A stretch of 40,874 nucleotides of DNA from assembly GCA_023334545.1 (NCBI GenBank), contig JAADVB010000172.1, positions 1 through 40,874 on the forward strand, in the 5' to 3' direction. A model generated the notes under the pieces. The model made no database searches. It was not told the DNA's origin and saw only the letters and a list, made by a program, of their open reading frames with translations. A program made the translations under genes and the position numbers. This document shows, piece after piece, positions 18,345-29,237 of this stretch. Each line of letters starts with the position of its first letter. The first letter of the stretch is position 1. Origin of the DNA: Salisapilia sapeloensis CBS 127946 (taxonomy: Eukaryota; Protista; Oomycota).

Positions 18345-21300
18345 TTACGTGCTTCCAGAAGATGTCAACGTCTTGTCCTCCTTGACACCCGGAGACGTCA
18401 TGTCACCGGCATACGCCGGACTGCTTCCAACTGCGCCAGTGGCTGGCGTGTTCACGTCCTGCGCTTGTCCGTTCGTATGTGTGTGTCCACGCTTGCGCGC
18501 GAAGAAGCCACGCAAGTCGGTCACACTACTCAGGACGACTGGTAGCAAGACCATACCGTTGAGGAAACCACAGAGGACGACGCACATGTACATGCGGAAG
18601 TAGTACTTTTGGAAGATACGCGAGTCGGCAAGCGTGAGGACACTGAGTCCAATGACCTTGGTGACGGTGATACCAAAGAAGACCGACACGAACACCTTTT
18701 TCAACGCTTCCTTGGCACGTTCATCACCGGTACCGACGCTCTTGGCAAACATACGAGCGTAGTGACCACAGAACTCGACCGAGATACCGGACGCAATGAC
18801 CAGGTTCACCATACTCAGACCGTTCAACAGAATGTCGTTCGGATGCATGAGTCCACCAACTTCAACGACGATATTGATCGTCGTCAACGTCACGATGAGT
18901 GGGTAGCCGATGCCACCGAAGAAGATGGTGAGAACGACAAAGATCGCAGCAATGGCCAGACCCACAAGCATGTACGTGTCGCTCACGACAGTCAGGTACT
19001 GGTCAAAGTAGACGTACGTGAGGGAGTAGACCCAGATGTCGATGCCAGTCTTGTCACTGATCCATTCAGCAGCACGTCGCGCCTGGGCGTATCCGTCGAT
19101 AAAGTCCTGCTGCGTCGGATTCGCCGTCTGGAGAACGCGGTAGCTGAACGCTGTGATCTCCTTGCCGTAACCAGAGCCGTTCAAAGTCGCGTTACCAGCG
19201 TTCTCGGCGATCGGGATCGGATTGTCGTCGACACTGAACTGACCTTGGTAGATCGATCCACCACCGTACGAGCACAGACTACCGGCCGGAGCCGTGGAGA
19301 ACATGCGGAAGAGAGACATGTACGAGTCGGCAGGTACTGGCGGCGCAGAGTACCCGGTCGCGAGACACGTCGGGTTATCTGTACGGCTATCCATGTACTT
19401 TGGATCATCCGACACGATCGGAAGGTACGACTTGTCGTTTTCATCGACACGACAGCACTCCGAGTCTGGGTTCACGAATCCCCAGTAGTCATCCATCCAC
19501 GAGTAGAATCGCCCGGAGCTCATGTGTGTCATGTCACTGTCCAAGTCATTCGACAAGGCGTCAATGATCTTAGGAATCGAGAACTCATCGCAGAAGTTCT
19601 TCGAGTTACAGAACTGCGCCGTTACGGACTGGTCGTTCAGATCCCACTTCTCCGGGTTGTTACCGTACCCAGCTTCGACGATGTAGTAGACGGGTGCACC
19701 CGTAGCAAGGTAGTCATCCAACGCTTCAAAGTAGCTGATCATGTACGAGTCGGACGGCAGAGCTTCCTTCTGCGGAAGTCCTCGCTGAAGGAACTCGAGC
19801 GAGTAGATCGACACGAGCGTCCATGCAAGGAAGATGAGGAGGACAAGCAACTTGACGAACGTGTTGGACAGAATGCTCGTGTACGCATCCAAGATCTTGT
19901 CAAAGATGTGCGACACTGGGTCCACACTCTCTTCCAATGGACCAGTCGACTCTCGCTGTGGCGTTGTGGGCGTCGAGTTACCTTCCACGTGCATCAACGG
20001 TCGGTCGTGCGTGCCTTTACCAGGTCCATCCGCCTTGCGGATCGGAGCTGCTTTGGAAGACGAGACGCAGCACAAAAAGTCGTACTTCTTCTTGAGCTCC
20101 CGACGCTTGTCGAGCGTCACGATCGCGAGGAACAAGGTCATTTGGAGCATAAAGTTAAACACAACGGCGACTGCAGCAAAAGCAGCAAACCACAAGACGG
20201 CAGGCATCGGGTTGATGCAACCAAAGACGAAGGCGATACTTTCGGCCATGGATGCCATGAAGATACTCGGACCAATGTACCCGACACCTTCACTAACAAA
20301 GAGCGACGCGACTTCATTAATCGCTGCATCGCTCTCGGCCAGACCAACAAAGATCTCTGGCTCTTGTGCATGGAGCTGTTCTTGACGGTGAGAGACAGCG
20401 TGGACGATGAGGAAAATGTTATCGACACCAATCGCTAGCGTCAAAAACGGCACGACTTCCATGATAACGAGCTGCAGCTTGACGCCGAACCAGGTGAAGA
20501 TACCGATGGTTGATGCGACGGTGAAGATGATGCAGATGACACCGAGGAAACCGACGGTCGTCTTACTCGTTTGGAAAAAGGTCTTGTCGAAGGCCCAGCG
20601 ATTGATACCGATGGAAATGTAAACCATCATGAGCAGGTAACTGAGCGCAATGGGCAAAACATCTCCCGTCGACTCGGCAGCAATCTCGTCCTGGATCGAG
20701 ATCTCGGCCATGACATAGATGTGGAAGAGCTCGTTCTTGGCGTTCTCTTCGTTCATACGATCAATGTACTCTCGTTCCCAAGCAATAGCCGGTACGTTCT
20801 CCGATTCGTCATAGTAGTTGTACACCAAAATAGACACGACGAACGCATGTGCATCGAGGTACTGCGTTGTGTTGTGCTCTGCTGTTTCAGGGAAACCTCC
20901 AAGGTACGAGTTGTAGATGTTCATGGGCGCACCAAAGGCCGAGAGACACGGACAGTCGCTCATGGTATCCGGGATCTTCTCGCCAGACTTGAGACTGTTC
21001 TGCAACTTACTACAGGTATTCACGTCCGTATTCTCCGGCGAGTAGATGCACGTAGAGAAATGTTCCATCGCCAAGTCGTGCTTGGCATAGAATTCAAAGT
21101 GCTCCATGTTGTTCTGGAAGTACTGTGTGATACTGTTGACCGTACATGCGGAGCCAGTGGCTTTCCAGCAAATGTCTTGCAACCTGACTTCAGTACCATC
21201 GTCGTCTCCAACGACATCATCGGAAAAGATGTTCTGGAGACGAATCGCTTCTTTAATGTACTCCTCACGACCGATGATGCCTCCGTCTTTCGGGACGAAG

Positions 21301-23084
21301 ATCACTTGTTCCGATCGGTAGAAAGGACGGAAGAGCTCGCCGTAATGGTCCATCTCGCGGTACGGCAGACTGGACTCGGCCACCCAAAGCATGACAGGAT
21401 CTGTCTCGACTTCGAGACGGATGAGACCGAGCGTGAAGACGACGATGATGGTGAGCGTTACTAAGATCGTGTACATCGGGTTGCGGCCACGGGAGATCAT
21501 AGCAGCCCAGCGCTGCATGGATCGCGTCATGAGGTCATCCATGTAACTCATGCGTTGACCGTATGGAGAGTTTGCATCGACGTGTGCATGGTCCGCAGGA
21601 GTTTCATTCGCGTGCTTTCGACGGCGAATGGCGACGAAGATGAAGATGACGATGAGCAAGAGACCGAGGACACCTCCGACCGTTGCGAGAACGTAGTTCA
21701 AGACGGAAAAGTCCGTGTGGGTCAAATTCGCTTCCAAGTAGTCGTTCAAGTCCTGCCACTTCTCCGGCACACCTTCCGAAACGTTCGTTTTTCCACCCAT
21801 GGTCAAGTTCGCACCGAAGCAAGCTTCCGAGTACGTCCGCCCTTCATCGGAGCTGACGGCACAGAGGGAACCACAGACACCGACGCAGGTTTTAAGACGG
21901 TCGTTCATAGGCGAAATGCATCCAGATGTGTTCTTGTCGTCACAAGCACAGAACATCTCCTCTTGCTCCTTTTCATCGAACGCTGCCATGGTGTAAAAGT
22001 TCGTCTGCAACGGACTACCGATGGTGTTGAACTTGTACTGGCCCATGAAGGAAAGGAGACCGAGGCCGTCGGTACAGTCCTGATTCGGGTTACACAAGAG
22101 CGAGAAGGAACTGTCTTCTTCACAGTAGTCATAAATGTCTCGCACCCAGTCCTGTCCGACGTAGTAGTTGGCGACACTGAGCGATGGGAACATGTGCTCA
22201 GCGTGCGTGTCATCACCAGCACGCAGATTCACCTCCACCGGCTCGACGAATTCACTGTTACTCGGGTTACAAGCGAATTGGCACCAGACGTTACGCAGAT
22301 TCTCCTTACAAGACGTACAGAGTCCTGGAATCATTCTTACTTGTGTACTGAGACTCGCATACTGGCTTTCAGTACAGCACAAGTACTCTGATCCTTCGGC
22401 AATCGTTTCGTTATACAAGATCGGGCAATCGACCTGGAACTGCTTTTGATTCGACTCAGTCCATTCTGAAAAACGGTTCGTGTATCCCTTCTTGTACGCT
22501 TCTTTTCCACTCATCGGATTGTACTGGTTCGGTAACGCAGCACCAGACCCCGTGACGTTCACGAAAGCAGACTCCAATGTCGTGCAGTATCCTTTTCCAC
22601 GGTGCCACTTGCCAAAGAAGTCGTATTGAGTCACATTCTGGATGCACGTTGCCTCGTTTGAGTACGTGCAATTGGTCGCGTGACGAACGGCGAGTCCGAG
22701 TGACGTGAGGTTGTCCATGGACGTGTCCGGGATGTTGGTGTTATCGACGACCGAGACCGAGCCAGCGCTTTGAGCGTCGGCGAGACCGGCGAGGTCTTGC
22801 GCAGCAGTCAGCGCACCGCCAGCCGTCAAGAGAGACGATGTGAGCAGAGCTGTCTGCCACCATGCTAAGGTAGAGGAAGAGCGCTGGTTGCTGCGAATCG
22901 TGGACCCTCCAGACTTGTTCTGGACGTCATAAGCGACGAGAGCGACGAAGATGCAGGCGATGCAGACACTGAAGGCTGATAGCCAGTCGAAGAAAACGAT
23001 CGTGAGCTCCGCAAACAACGCCTCGAGTGCACTGCGCACTGGCGGCGTTGCGATCGCGAAGAGGACGGTCGCAAAGAGCCACAT
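18345..23084 (-). CDS. NPC1: Niemann-Pick C1-like sterol transporter (Patched/RND family)
   Basis: Cys-rich NTD (LCCTESQY...CKENLRNVWCQFACNP), PFYRSEQ, sterol-sensing domain (EVVPFLTLAIGVDNIFLIV), GAPVYYIV, YVYFDQYL, GISVEFCGHY, FQKYYFRMY; 1579 aa, intronless. Confidence 0.95.
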   Translation of the reverse strand: MWLFATVLFAIATPPVRSALEALFAELTIVFFDWLSAFSVCIACIFVALVAYDVQNKSGGSTIRSNQRSSSTLAWWQTALLTSSLLTAGGALTAAQDLAGLADAQSAGSVSVVDNTNIPDTSMDNLTSLGLAVRHATNCTYSNEATCIQNVTQYDFFGKWHRGKGYCTTLESAFVNVTGSGAALPNQYNPMSGKEAYKKGYTNRFSEWTESNQKQFQVDCPILYNETIAEGSEYLCCTESQYASLSTQVRMIPGLCTSCKENLRNVWCQFACNPSNSEFVEPVEVNLRAGDDTHAEHMFPSLSVANYYVGQDWVRDIYDYCEEDSSFSLLCNPNQDCTDGLGLLSFMGQYKFNTIGSPLQTNFYTMAAFDEKEQEEMFCACDDKNTSGCISPMNDRLKTCVGVCGSLCAVSSDEGRTYSEACFGANLTMGGKTNVSEGVPEKWQDLNDYLEANLTHTDFSVLNYVLATVGGVLGLLLIVIFIFVAIRRRKHANETPADHAHVDANSPYGQRMSYMDDLMTRSMQRWAAMISRGRNPMYTILVTLTIIVVFTLGLIRLEVETDPVMLWVAESSLPYREMDHYGELFRPFYRSEQVIFVPKDGGIIGREEYIKEAIRLQNIFSDDVVGDDDGTEVRLQDICWKATGSACTVNSITQYFQNNMEHFEFYAKHDLAMEHFSTCIYSPENTDVNTCSKLQNSLKSGEKIPDTMSDCPCLSAFGAPMNIYNSYLGGFPETAEHNTTQYLDAHAFVVSILVYNYYDESENVPAIAWEREYIDRMNEENAKNELFHIYVMAEISIQDEIAAESTGDVLPIALSYLLMMVYISIGINRWAFDKTFFQTSKTTVGFLGVICIIFTVASTIGIFTWFGVKLQLVIMEVVPFLTLAIGVDNIFLIVHAVSHRQEQLHAQEPEIFVGLAESDAAINEVASLFVSEGVGYIGPSIFMASMAESIAFVFGCINPMPAVLWFAAFAAVAVVFNFMLQMTLFLAIVTLDKRRELKKKYDFLCCVSSSKAAPIRKADGPGKGTHDRPLMHVEGNSTPTTPQRESTGPLEESVDPVSHIFDKILDAYTSILSNTFVKLLVLLIFLAWTLVSIYSLEFLQRGLPQKEALPSDSYMISYFEALDDYLATGAPVYYIVEAGYGNNPEKWDLNDQSVTAQFCNSKNFCDEFSIPKIIDALSNDLDSDMTHMSSGRFYSWMDDYWGFVNPDSECCRVDENDKSYLPIVSDDPKYMDSRTDNPTCLATGYSAPPVPADSYMSLFRMFSTAPAGSLCSYGGGSIYQGQFSVDDNPIPIAENAGNATLNGSGYGKEITAFSYRVLQTANPTQQDFIDGYAQARRAAEWISDKTGIDIWVYSLTYVYFDQYLTVVSDTYMLVGLAIAAIFVVLTIFFGGIGYPLIVTLTTINIVVEVGGLMHPNDILLNGLSMVNLVIASGISVEFCGHYARMFAKSVGTGDERAKEALKKVFVSVFFGITVTKVIGLSVLTLADSRIFQKYYFRMYMCVVLCGFLNGMVLLPVVLSSVTDLRGFFARKRGHTHTNGQAQDVNTPATGAVGSSPAYAGDMTSPGVKEDKTLTSSGST

Positions 23085-23159
23085 GTAACTGCTTTCTCAC
23101 TTATACAGTTCGACGGAGGAACTTGAGAGAAAGTAACACGGCCGTAGGAAGGCGAAGGC

Positions 23160-23175
23160 GAATTTCAAAGTGAAC
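23160..23175 (-). promoter_or_regulatory. Oomycete Inr+FPR-like core promoter of NPC1
   Basis: Minus strand GTTCACTTTGAAATTC, ~87 nt upstream of ATG 23084. Confidence 0.6.
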
Positions 23176-23824
23176 GGCTACGTGCGTCCCGAGGCTTCGT
23201 CCGTCTCGTAACCTAGCAGACCTTTGTCGCTCGTGACGTCTTCTACGTCTGATTGGGACAAATGAATCATAGTGGTACAAAAACCTTCATGGCAAAGATG
23301 GACATGAATGAACACTTTCATTCGTGCGTCGGCTGGATCGGTAGTGCAAGGTACCCGACACCTTGCATCGAGCACTATGTCGATATATAGACATAGAGAA
23401 AGACAAGAGGTTGCTCAATAGCTTATTAATAAAGAGGAACATCAGCTGATAGATGGATCGGAAAGAGTCGAAGCTTATTCATTATGATACATACGCAACG
23501 TGGGAAAGGTTTGCGCCAACAAAACCCACAGCTGTAGATGTGAAGGAGTTCTGATGTAATGGTAGGACGGATCAGAAGTTAACAGAGGCAAAGTACGCTT
23601 TGAACGAGTCTGTTTAGTCCTGTGGAACGTCAAGCTCGGATAGAAGCATAGACGCATGATGCGTGTTATTGATAGCCATCTAAGGAGATTGTCCGAATCA
23701 GATTAGAACCGAGTACTACTTGAACGCTACCTAGGTTTCTACGTAAAGCTTTGGAGGTGGTTGGCAGCGCCATTGCACATGGCCCGTAATGTCAATTTCA
23801 CTTACAATCCCGTGAGAGGGAGAA

Positions 23825-24510
23825 CTACATACTGTCCAAGCCAAGCGCCGTGATAACTTCTTCCCATATTGATAATTTCTCTTCCGTCCTTGGCGCTTCA
23901 GCTGCGTTCGTTTCTTCTTCAAAACGCTTGCCATCAAAGTCAGAACCTGCCATGGCAGATGACTTTACCTGATAAGAGAGCATCTGATTTCGAATCTCGA
24001 GCTGTGCGATCGTGCTCTTCAGTGAGCCAATTTGCTGACGGAGGCTCTCGAGCTCTTGCTTGTAGTAGGCAGTCGTCTCATTCAGCAACCGATCCAGCGC
24101 TTGAGCTTCTGATCGGAGGCTTTCCGTCTCGTTCTACATGTCCAGTACCGTCATGAATGATATCAAGAATACGTTCAATTGAAACTCGTCGACACTACCT
24201 TTCGACGCTCACGTAATCGGCGAGACGCTTCCCGAACTTGCTTCCGTCGACGCAGTATCTTGCTTTCCAATCCATCCTCCGAGTTAGAAATCTTGTCACG
24301 ATTTCGCTTCTTCGGAGGATTCGCTTCCATTGCACTGGATGTACCCAAGTCATGGAAACCTAGTGGTATCACTAGACACTTCCGACCATTGGACTGCGTA
24401 TCGTAGCAACGTGGGTAATCGAAAGTAGAAGCGAGGTCGTTGTTAAAAGCTGATTGTAGATCTGCTCGATCAAAGTCAGAGTGGGAAGCTAGCTCTGAGG
24501 ACTGCAGCAT
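23825..24510 (-). CDS. bZIP transcription factor with Asn-to-Val basic region, 2 exons (24510-24199, 24133-23825)
   Basis: Intron 24198-24134 (GTAGTG...ATGTAG) joins RRRKQVREASRRLRERRK in frame to NETESLRSEAQALDRLLNETTAYYKQELESLRQQIGSLKSTIAQLEIRNQML (zipper). Confidence 0.8.
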
Positions 24511-24547
24511 GTCGTTGATGTGCTGTTGGTCTTTTGCTTGACGAGAC

Positions 24548-24563
24548 GAACGTAAAAATGAGA
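24548..24563 (-). promoter_or_regulatory. Inr(+partial FPR) core promoter of the bZIP gene
   Basis: Minus strand TCTCATTTTTACGTTC, ~50 nt upstream of ATG 24510. Confidence 0.45.
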
Positions 24564-25791
24564 TAGGAGCAAGGTGGCTCTGTCGGAATGCTCAAATCTC
24601 GCTACAACCAACTGGATTGGATTTATACTTTCTACGATATTGCTATCGTGATCCAGTTGATATCTGCCGCGTACGAGGCCACCAGATCGCTTCAAGATGA
24701 CGATATTTTCTTCCAGTGATGGAAAATTTATGCTCAAGCTAGAACCTTATCTCGTGTCCTCTATTTTACATGCTGGTTATTCGTTGTATATTATGCAAGT
24801 GCAGTACATGCTACCTTCACTTTTTAAATATGCAGGCAAAAGAATCCATGCTCTGGACATCGACCGGAGTTATAGTCGAAAACTTGATACTAAACTTCAA
24901 AGTCAAACTTGAAAGGTAAGAGATTTTGCGACAACTTGGCCTTTGCAAGTTTGTGCCTTCGATCAGCGTTCGATAACGTCGTTGTGCTGCTTTCTATCAA
25001 CTCGTCTGGTGCATACAGATAGTTTCTGGTGTCTCACTGTGTAATGTCCCAACGCACAAGTGTTTATCTATGCATGAAAAGTGGCCATTGGAAACGTCTT
25101 TTAAGGTAGCTTCAAAAACAAGAATTGCCTACTCGTCAGCTTAGTGCTTCGACGCCTTCTTACAGATCTAGCACCCATTTCAAACGCAGACACAGAGTAT
25201 TCAAGTAAATTCGTCGACCGCACTCACTTGCAGCCAACTTTCCTTCTACTTTAAATCAAGTTGATCCCTTGGATTGCGTAAAGAAGAAGGCTTGATACCA
25301 GTTGCTCGCTTTTGCCCTGGCTGAATGGACATAACTCCGCATCGCGATATTGCCTGGAAGGTTTGCTTGATGCCCGATTGACAGGAGAAGCCACTCAACC
25401 GACAAGTTGAAGTACACTTCAACATCTCAAACGTTGCCCATCACGCCGTTACGCTGTTTATCTTCGGGAACGCAATGATAGGTAGAATGAACAGTCAATC
25501 CTCTGGACGCTAAAGTCGCCGACAGCTACTGGATACAAAGGTGAAGCTGCATTCGACACAAGATCACTGCACTGGATGCAATGAACGTTTCATTCTACAT
25601 TGCCGGATGGTCAAAGGAAATGCAGATAAAATGTACTTTAGTGCTATCCAGGTTACCACTTAAACATCCAAAAGTAAAATATAACATCGAATGTGTTCGC
25701 CTGATGTATGAGAGGATTCCTAGATAGAACAAATGACTGTAAAGGACAAAGTCCGAGTGGGAATCTATAGGTCCTATTCGTAGTAATACAG

Positions 25792-28614
25792 TCACAAGCT
25801 AGAGGTAGCCGTCCGAGCGTCCCATGCTTTATCCAAATGGTCTAAGCGCACGCAGGTCCATTCACCTCCAGCAGCCGTAGCTTCTCGAATAGCTGACAGT
25901 GCTGCTTCCTTGCAGACGGCCGCAATATCTGCTCCTGAAAACTGTTTCAATCTACGCATAGCACGTGTCAGCACTTTGTCGCTGCACCATACTTTGATGA
26001 TTCCGAACCCTGTATTTCGTTTCGCTAAAGCCACCAAGTCCACATCCTCAGCCAAGGGCATCTTTCGTGTGTGGTATCGTAGAATAGCCTATCGTATATG
26101 TAAGAAACACAATAGAAGCATGCACGTCGAAGAAGCTTACTTCTTTATCGTGCACAGAAGGATAGTCGAGCTCATAGATCCGATCGATACGACCAGGTCG
26201 AACGAGTGCAGCGTCCAAAGCTTGCTTACGATTTGTAGCTGCGACAACGAGTACTTGACCAGTTTCATTCGATCCGACGCCGTCCAGCTCGTTTAGGAAT
26301 GTCGACAGAACGCGGGCATAGACACCAGTGCCTCCTCCATCATCATCCTCTCCAAAACCACGTTTGTGAGCAATTGCATCAAACTCGTCAAAGAAGAGCA
26401 AGCACGGAGATGACTTTCGAGCACGTGCTACACGGATTTAAATGAATTTCAGCAAGCATTTTACGTACATGGCCATGCAACGCACCAAATAGCTGTCGAA
26501 CTCCTTTCTCGCTGTCTCCAAAGTACTTGGACAACAATTCGGACGACTAGAGACCAATATATAAGATGCTAGTTATATCAAGTACATGGTGCCATTCTAC
26601 CTTAACCGAGACAAAGTTCACGCCGGTATGAGCAGCAAGTGCTTGGACGATGAGAGACTTGCCGCATCCGGATGGGCCTGAGAGAAGGATACCAGATCCA
26701 TTGCTTACGCCCAAACGCTACATCGATAGTTACTGGACAAAGTGCAAGAAACAAGGTACGCTAGAAACGCACCTCCATAGTTGGTGTAGGTGCAAATGCA
26801 GCTTGTGCAAAGTCCAGTAGCTTTCGTTTGACGGTAGTGTACCCTGCAAAGCCATACGACGCATGATCTGCGGTAGCGTTGCTGTCCTTGATGCCTGGAG
26901 ATGAGACATTTAACGTTCGCAGCTGAGACGGTTTAACTTGCTGCTGTGCCAAGACGAGATAGTTCCACGTAATCTTCTTTGGATCACCTTGCAAGTGAGC
27001 TAGCAAAAGGCTGTTTCTGCATATACGAACGAGGTCTTTGGCAACGTACCCACCGGTCAAGGCTGCCAGTCGAGTCGATATCTCGACGATATCGGATGAT
27101 GCATCTAGTGGTAAATTGGAACAGTGGTATGCAATGATATCTCGTCGACTACTTTCTACTGGAACTCCTAGCTCAATCGTTTTCGAGAAAGCCTTACTAC
27201 GCATCGCTTTCGAAGGGATTGGCAAGTCACTTCCAGATAGTGCTGCAGTAGCGATAAAGCATAGGGGAGTAGACTCGTCTAAGCTTTCCATGAGACGGAG
27301 GAACGCGCTAGCTAGCGGAGACTCTTTCTGTGCATCCTCGTCTTGAGATTCTTCTGCCGGTGGGAAGATCGAATGCAAGTCGTCTAAAAGCACTACGGCT
27401 GGATGGTCGATTGTGCCTTGTTGCTTGTTAAAGCCTGGAAGAGCTTGTTCACATTGCTCGCAGATAAAGTCGTACGCAGTTGCTTTGGAACTGTTTTCAA
27501 ACGCCATCCGCAAGGACAGACCATCGAGGTACCATGTTCCGATTTGAGAGTGCTGAAATTCGTGAGCAAGTGCTTTCAATACATTGGACTTACCAACGCC
27601 ATGGACACCAGTGATAAGAATGCCACGAGAACTGATGGCATGAACAGGCGAAAGATTACTTTTTGATGTGGACACTCGAAGTGACGCAGTTAGCATGACA
27701 TTGTGCAGAAAGTCGGTGTAACCAGCGAAGCCGTAGGCCCAGCTTCTGGCTTTTAACTGCTCTCGGTAGTCCCTTAAAGAGTCGTGTACATGTAGTCGAC
27801 CAAACTGTTCAGAAAGTAAGTCATAGTCGACACTTGGCGATACGTTTGCTGACGTAGAGGATGGAAATTTTATCGTTAGTAAAGACCACGATGGTTCTGG
27901 AGTCGGTTCACCCTCCGTGATGGCAATAGGATCGACTTGATCGATGGAAAAAATAAACGTTTCGCCCACGATTTGAACAGGAAGAAGCGTGCTTTCATGT
28001 GTATGCCAAGGAATCGATGTAAACACTTCCAACGCACCAAAGATAGACCGGAATTGACGCTGGATGATACGAGTCATGTCGATTTTGCCAGATTGAACGG
28101 CTGGAGGGAGAATAGAGGCAATGCTCTCTGATTTCTGCTTTGGCTGCCAACTCTCACCAACATTTTTACTTAAAGTATTGGACTTGGAAACGATTTGAAG
28201 TGGGTACTTGGCAGTTGGAGTCATTTGAATCTTCCATTCTCTTGTGCAAGTGCTTGGAGAGGACATGAGTACTTGGGTCACCTTCACTTGATAGTTTTCT
28301 CCGAGCTGTAGTGTATGATGGATCCATGCGTGTACTTGAATATAGCCGCTTGACAAGAATGGCATTGCGTCGGCCTTGCTTAATTCATGTTGGTCGCTGG
28401 ATGAAGAGATAGGAGAGTCGATGATACACTGGAGGAGAGCACAAGGCTTCGATTGAGGCGTCTGGCGGACCTGTAGAAGTGCGAACGGAGATATGCCATA
28501 GTCCAGTGCATCCTGGTGCGAGATGAGTATGTGATGCGGCTGAAGCGGTCGGACATCGGTGTCTCCGGTCAGTACAGTCGCTTCATACGTGTAGTTACCG
28601 CCATCATTGGTCAT
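25792..28614 (-). CDS. Type II AAA+ ATPase, CDC48/AFG2(SPATA5)-like, multi-exon
   Basis: Inferred exons 28614-26773, 26717-26601, 26546-26486, 26427-26141, 26088-25792 (last may hold a small in-frame intron). D1: GVHGVGKS, VLLDDLH. D2: GPSGCGKS, SELLSKYFGDSE, FFDEFD, AATNRKQALDAALVRPGRIDR, FSGADIAAVCKEAAL. Confidence 0.85.
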
Positions 28615-28758
28615 TTCGCGCTTTGATGTCCAAATATGGTACAGTATCGGTACTCTCACCACGTATATAGATCTACAAAGCGAATCTGGTGAGCGTTCGT
28701 GCACAGAGCAAAAAGGGAGTAGACGTCCCTACCAGTGCTCCATTTGAAATCAAAAATT

Positions 28759-28830
28759 GGGCCCAACCGGAGATCGAATCCGGGACCTCTCGCACCCAAA
28801 GCGAGAATCATACCACTAGACCATTAGGCC
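28759..28830 (-). tRNA. trnP-UGG: tRNA-Pro (anticodon UGG), copy 1
   Basis: GGCCTAA/TTGGGCC acceptor stem, anticodon arm CTCGC-TTTGGGT-GCGAG, T-loop GGATTCGATC, followed by T5 terminator. Confidence 0.95.
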
Positions 28831-29165
28831 ACTAAATGAGGAAAGAGTTGTTTTTAGTTTAAAATATGTTTATCTGTTTCGTCAAGCTATTCGCTTTTGA
28901 ATGGTTTTGGCTGGGATGCAAGGCTAAGCTAACCATAAAGCAGTCTGGATTGGCTTCCATTTATGTTCTAGTAATGAAGTTTAAAATTAACTCGGCTATC
29001 TTTGATAGTGTAGCTCCACGCATTTGCTTAGCAATATGTCTACAAAACGAGTTGGAGCAACTATCTAGACGATCCGCTTGCACAATTTGTGTATTCGGCT
29101 TTGGAAAAAATCGATTTAGACCCGCAATACGATATATTGAAGCAAAGCTCACAACAGGAAAAAAT

Positions 29166-29237
29166 GGGCCCAACCGGAGATCGAATCCGGGACCTCTCGC
29201 ACCCAAAGCGAGAATCATACCACTAGACCATTAGGCC
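29166..29237 (-). tRNA. trnP-UGG: tRNA-Pro (anticodon UGG), copy 2, identical to copy 1
   Basis: 72-nt sequence identical to 28759-28830; followed by T6 terminator. Confidence 0.95.

Noticed and set aside
18609-22391. Long plus-strand ORFs (609, 297, 278 aa) opposite NPC1 as overlapping genes
   Set aside because: Exactly in register with NPC1 codons and explained by avoidance of TTA/CTA/TCA; translations have no motifs.
24489-24737. ORF overlapping the bZIP start, suggestive of an ATF4/GCN4-like uORF
   Set aside because: Starts at TTG, and there is no upstream ATG between the predicted TSS (~24559) and ATG 24510.
24836-25204. Plus-strand segments with good AG/GT splice-like borders between the bZIP and AAA genes
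   Set aside because: Joining them yields stops in the frames I tried and no protein motif; could only be a non-coding transcript, with no evidence available.
25792-25803. C-terminal SSL of the AAA ATPase as a peroxisomal PTS1
   Set aside because: Non-canonical tripeptide without supportive basic upstream residues; likely chance.
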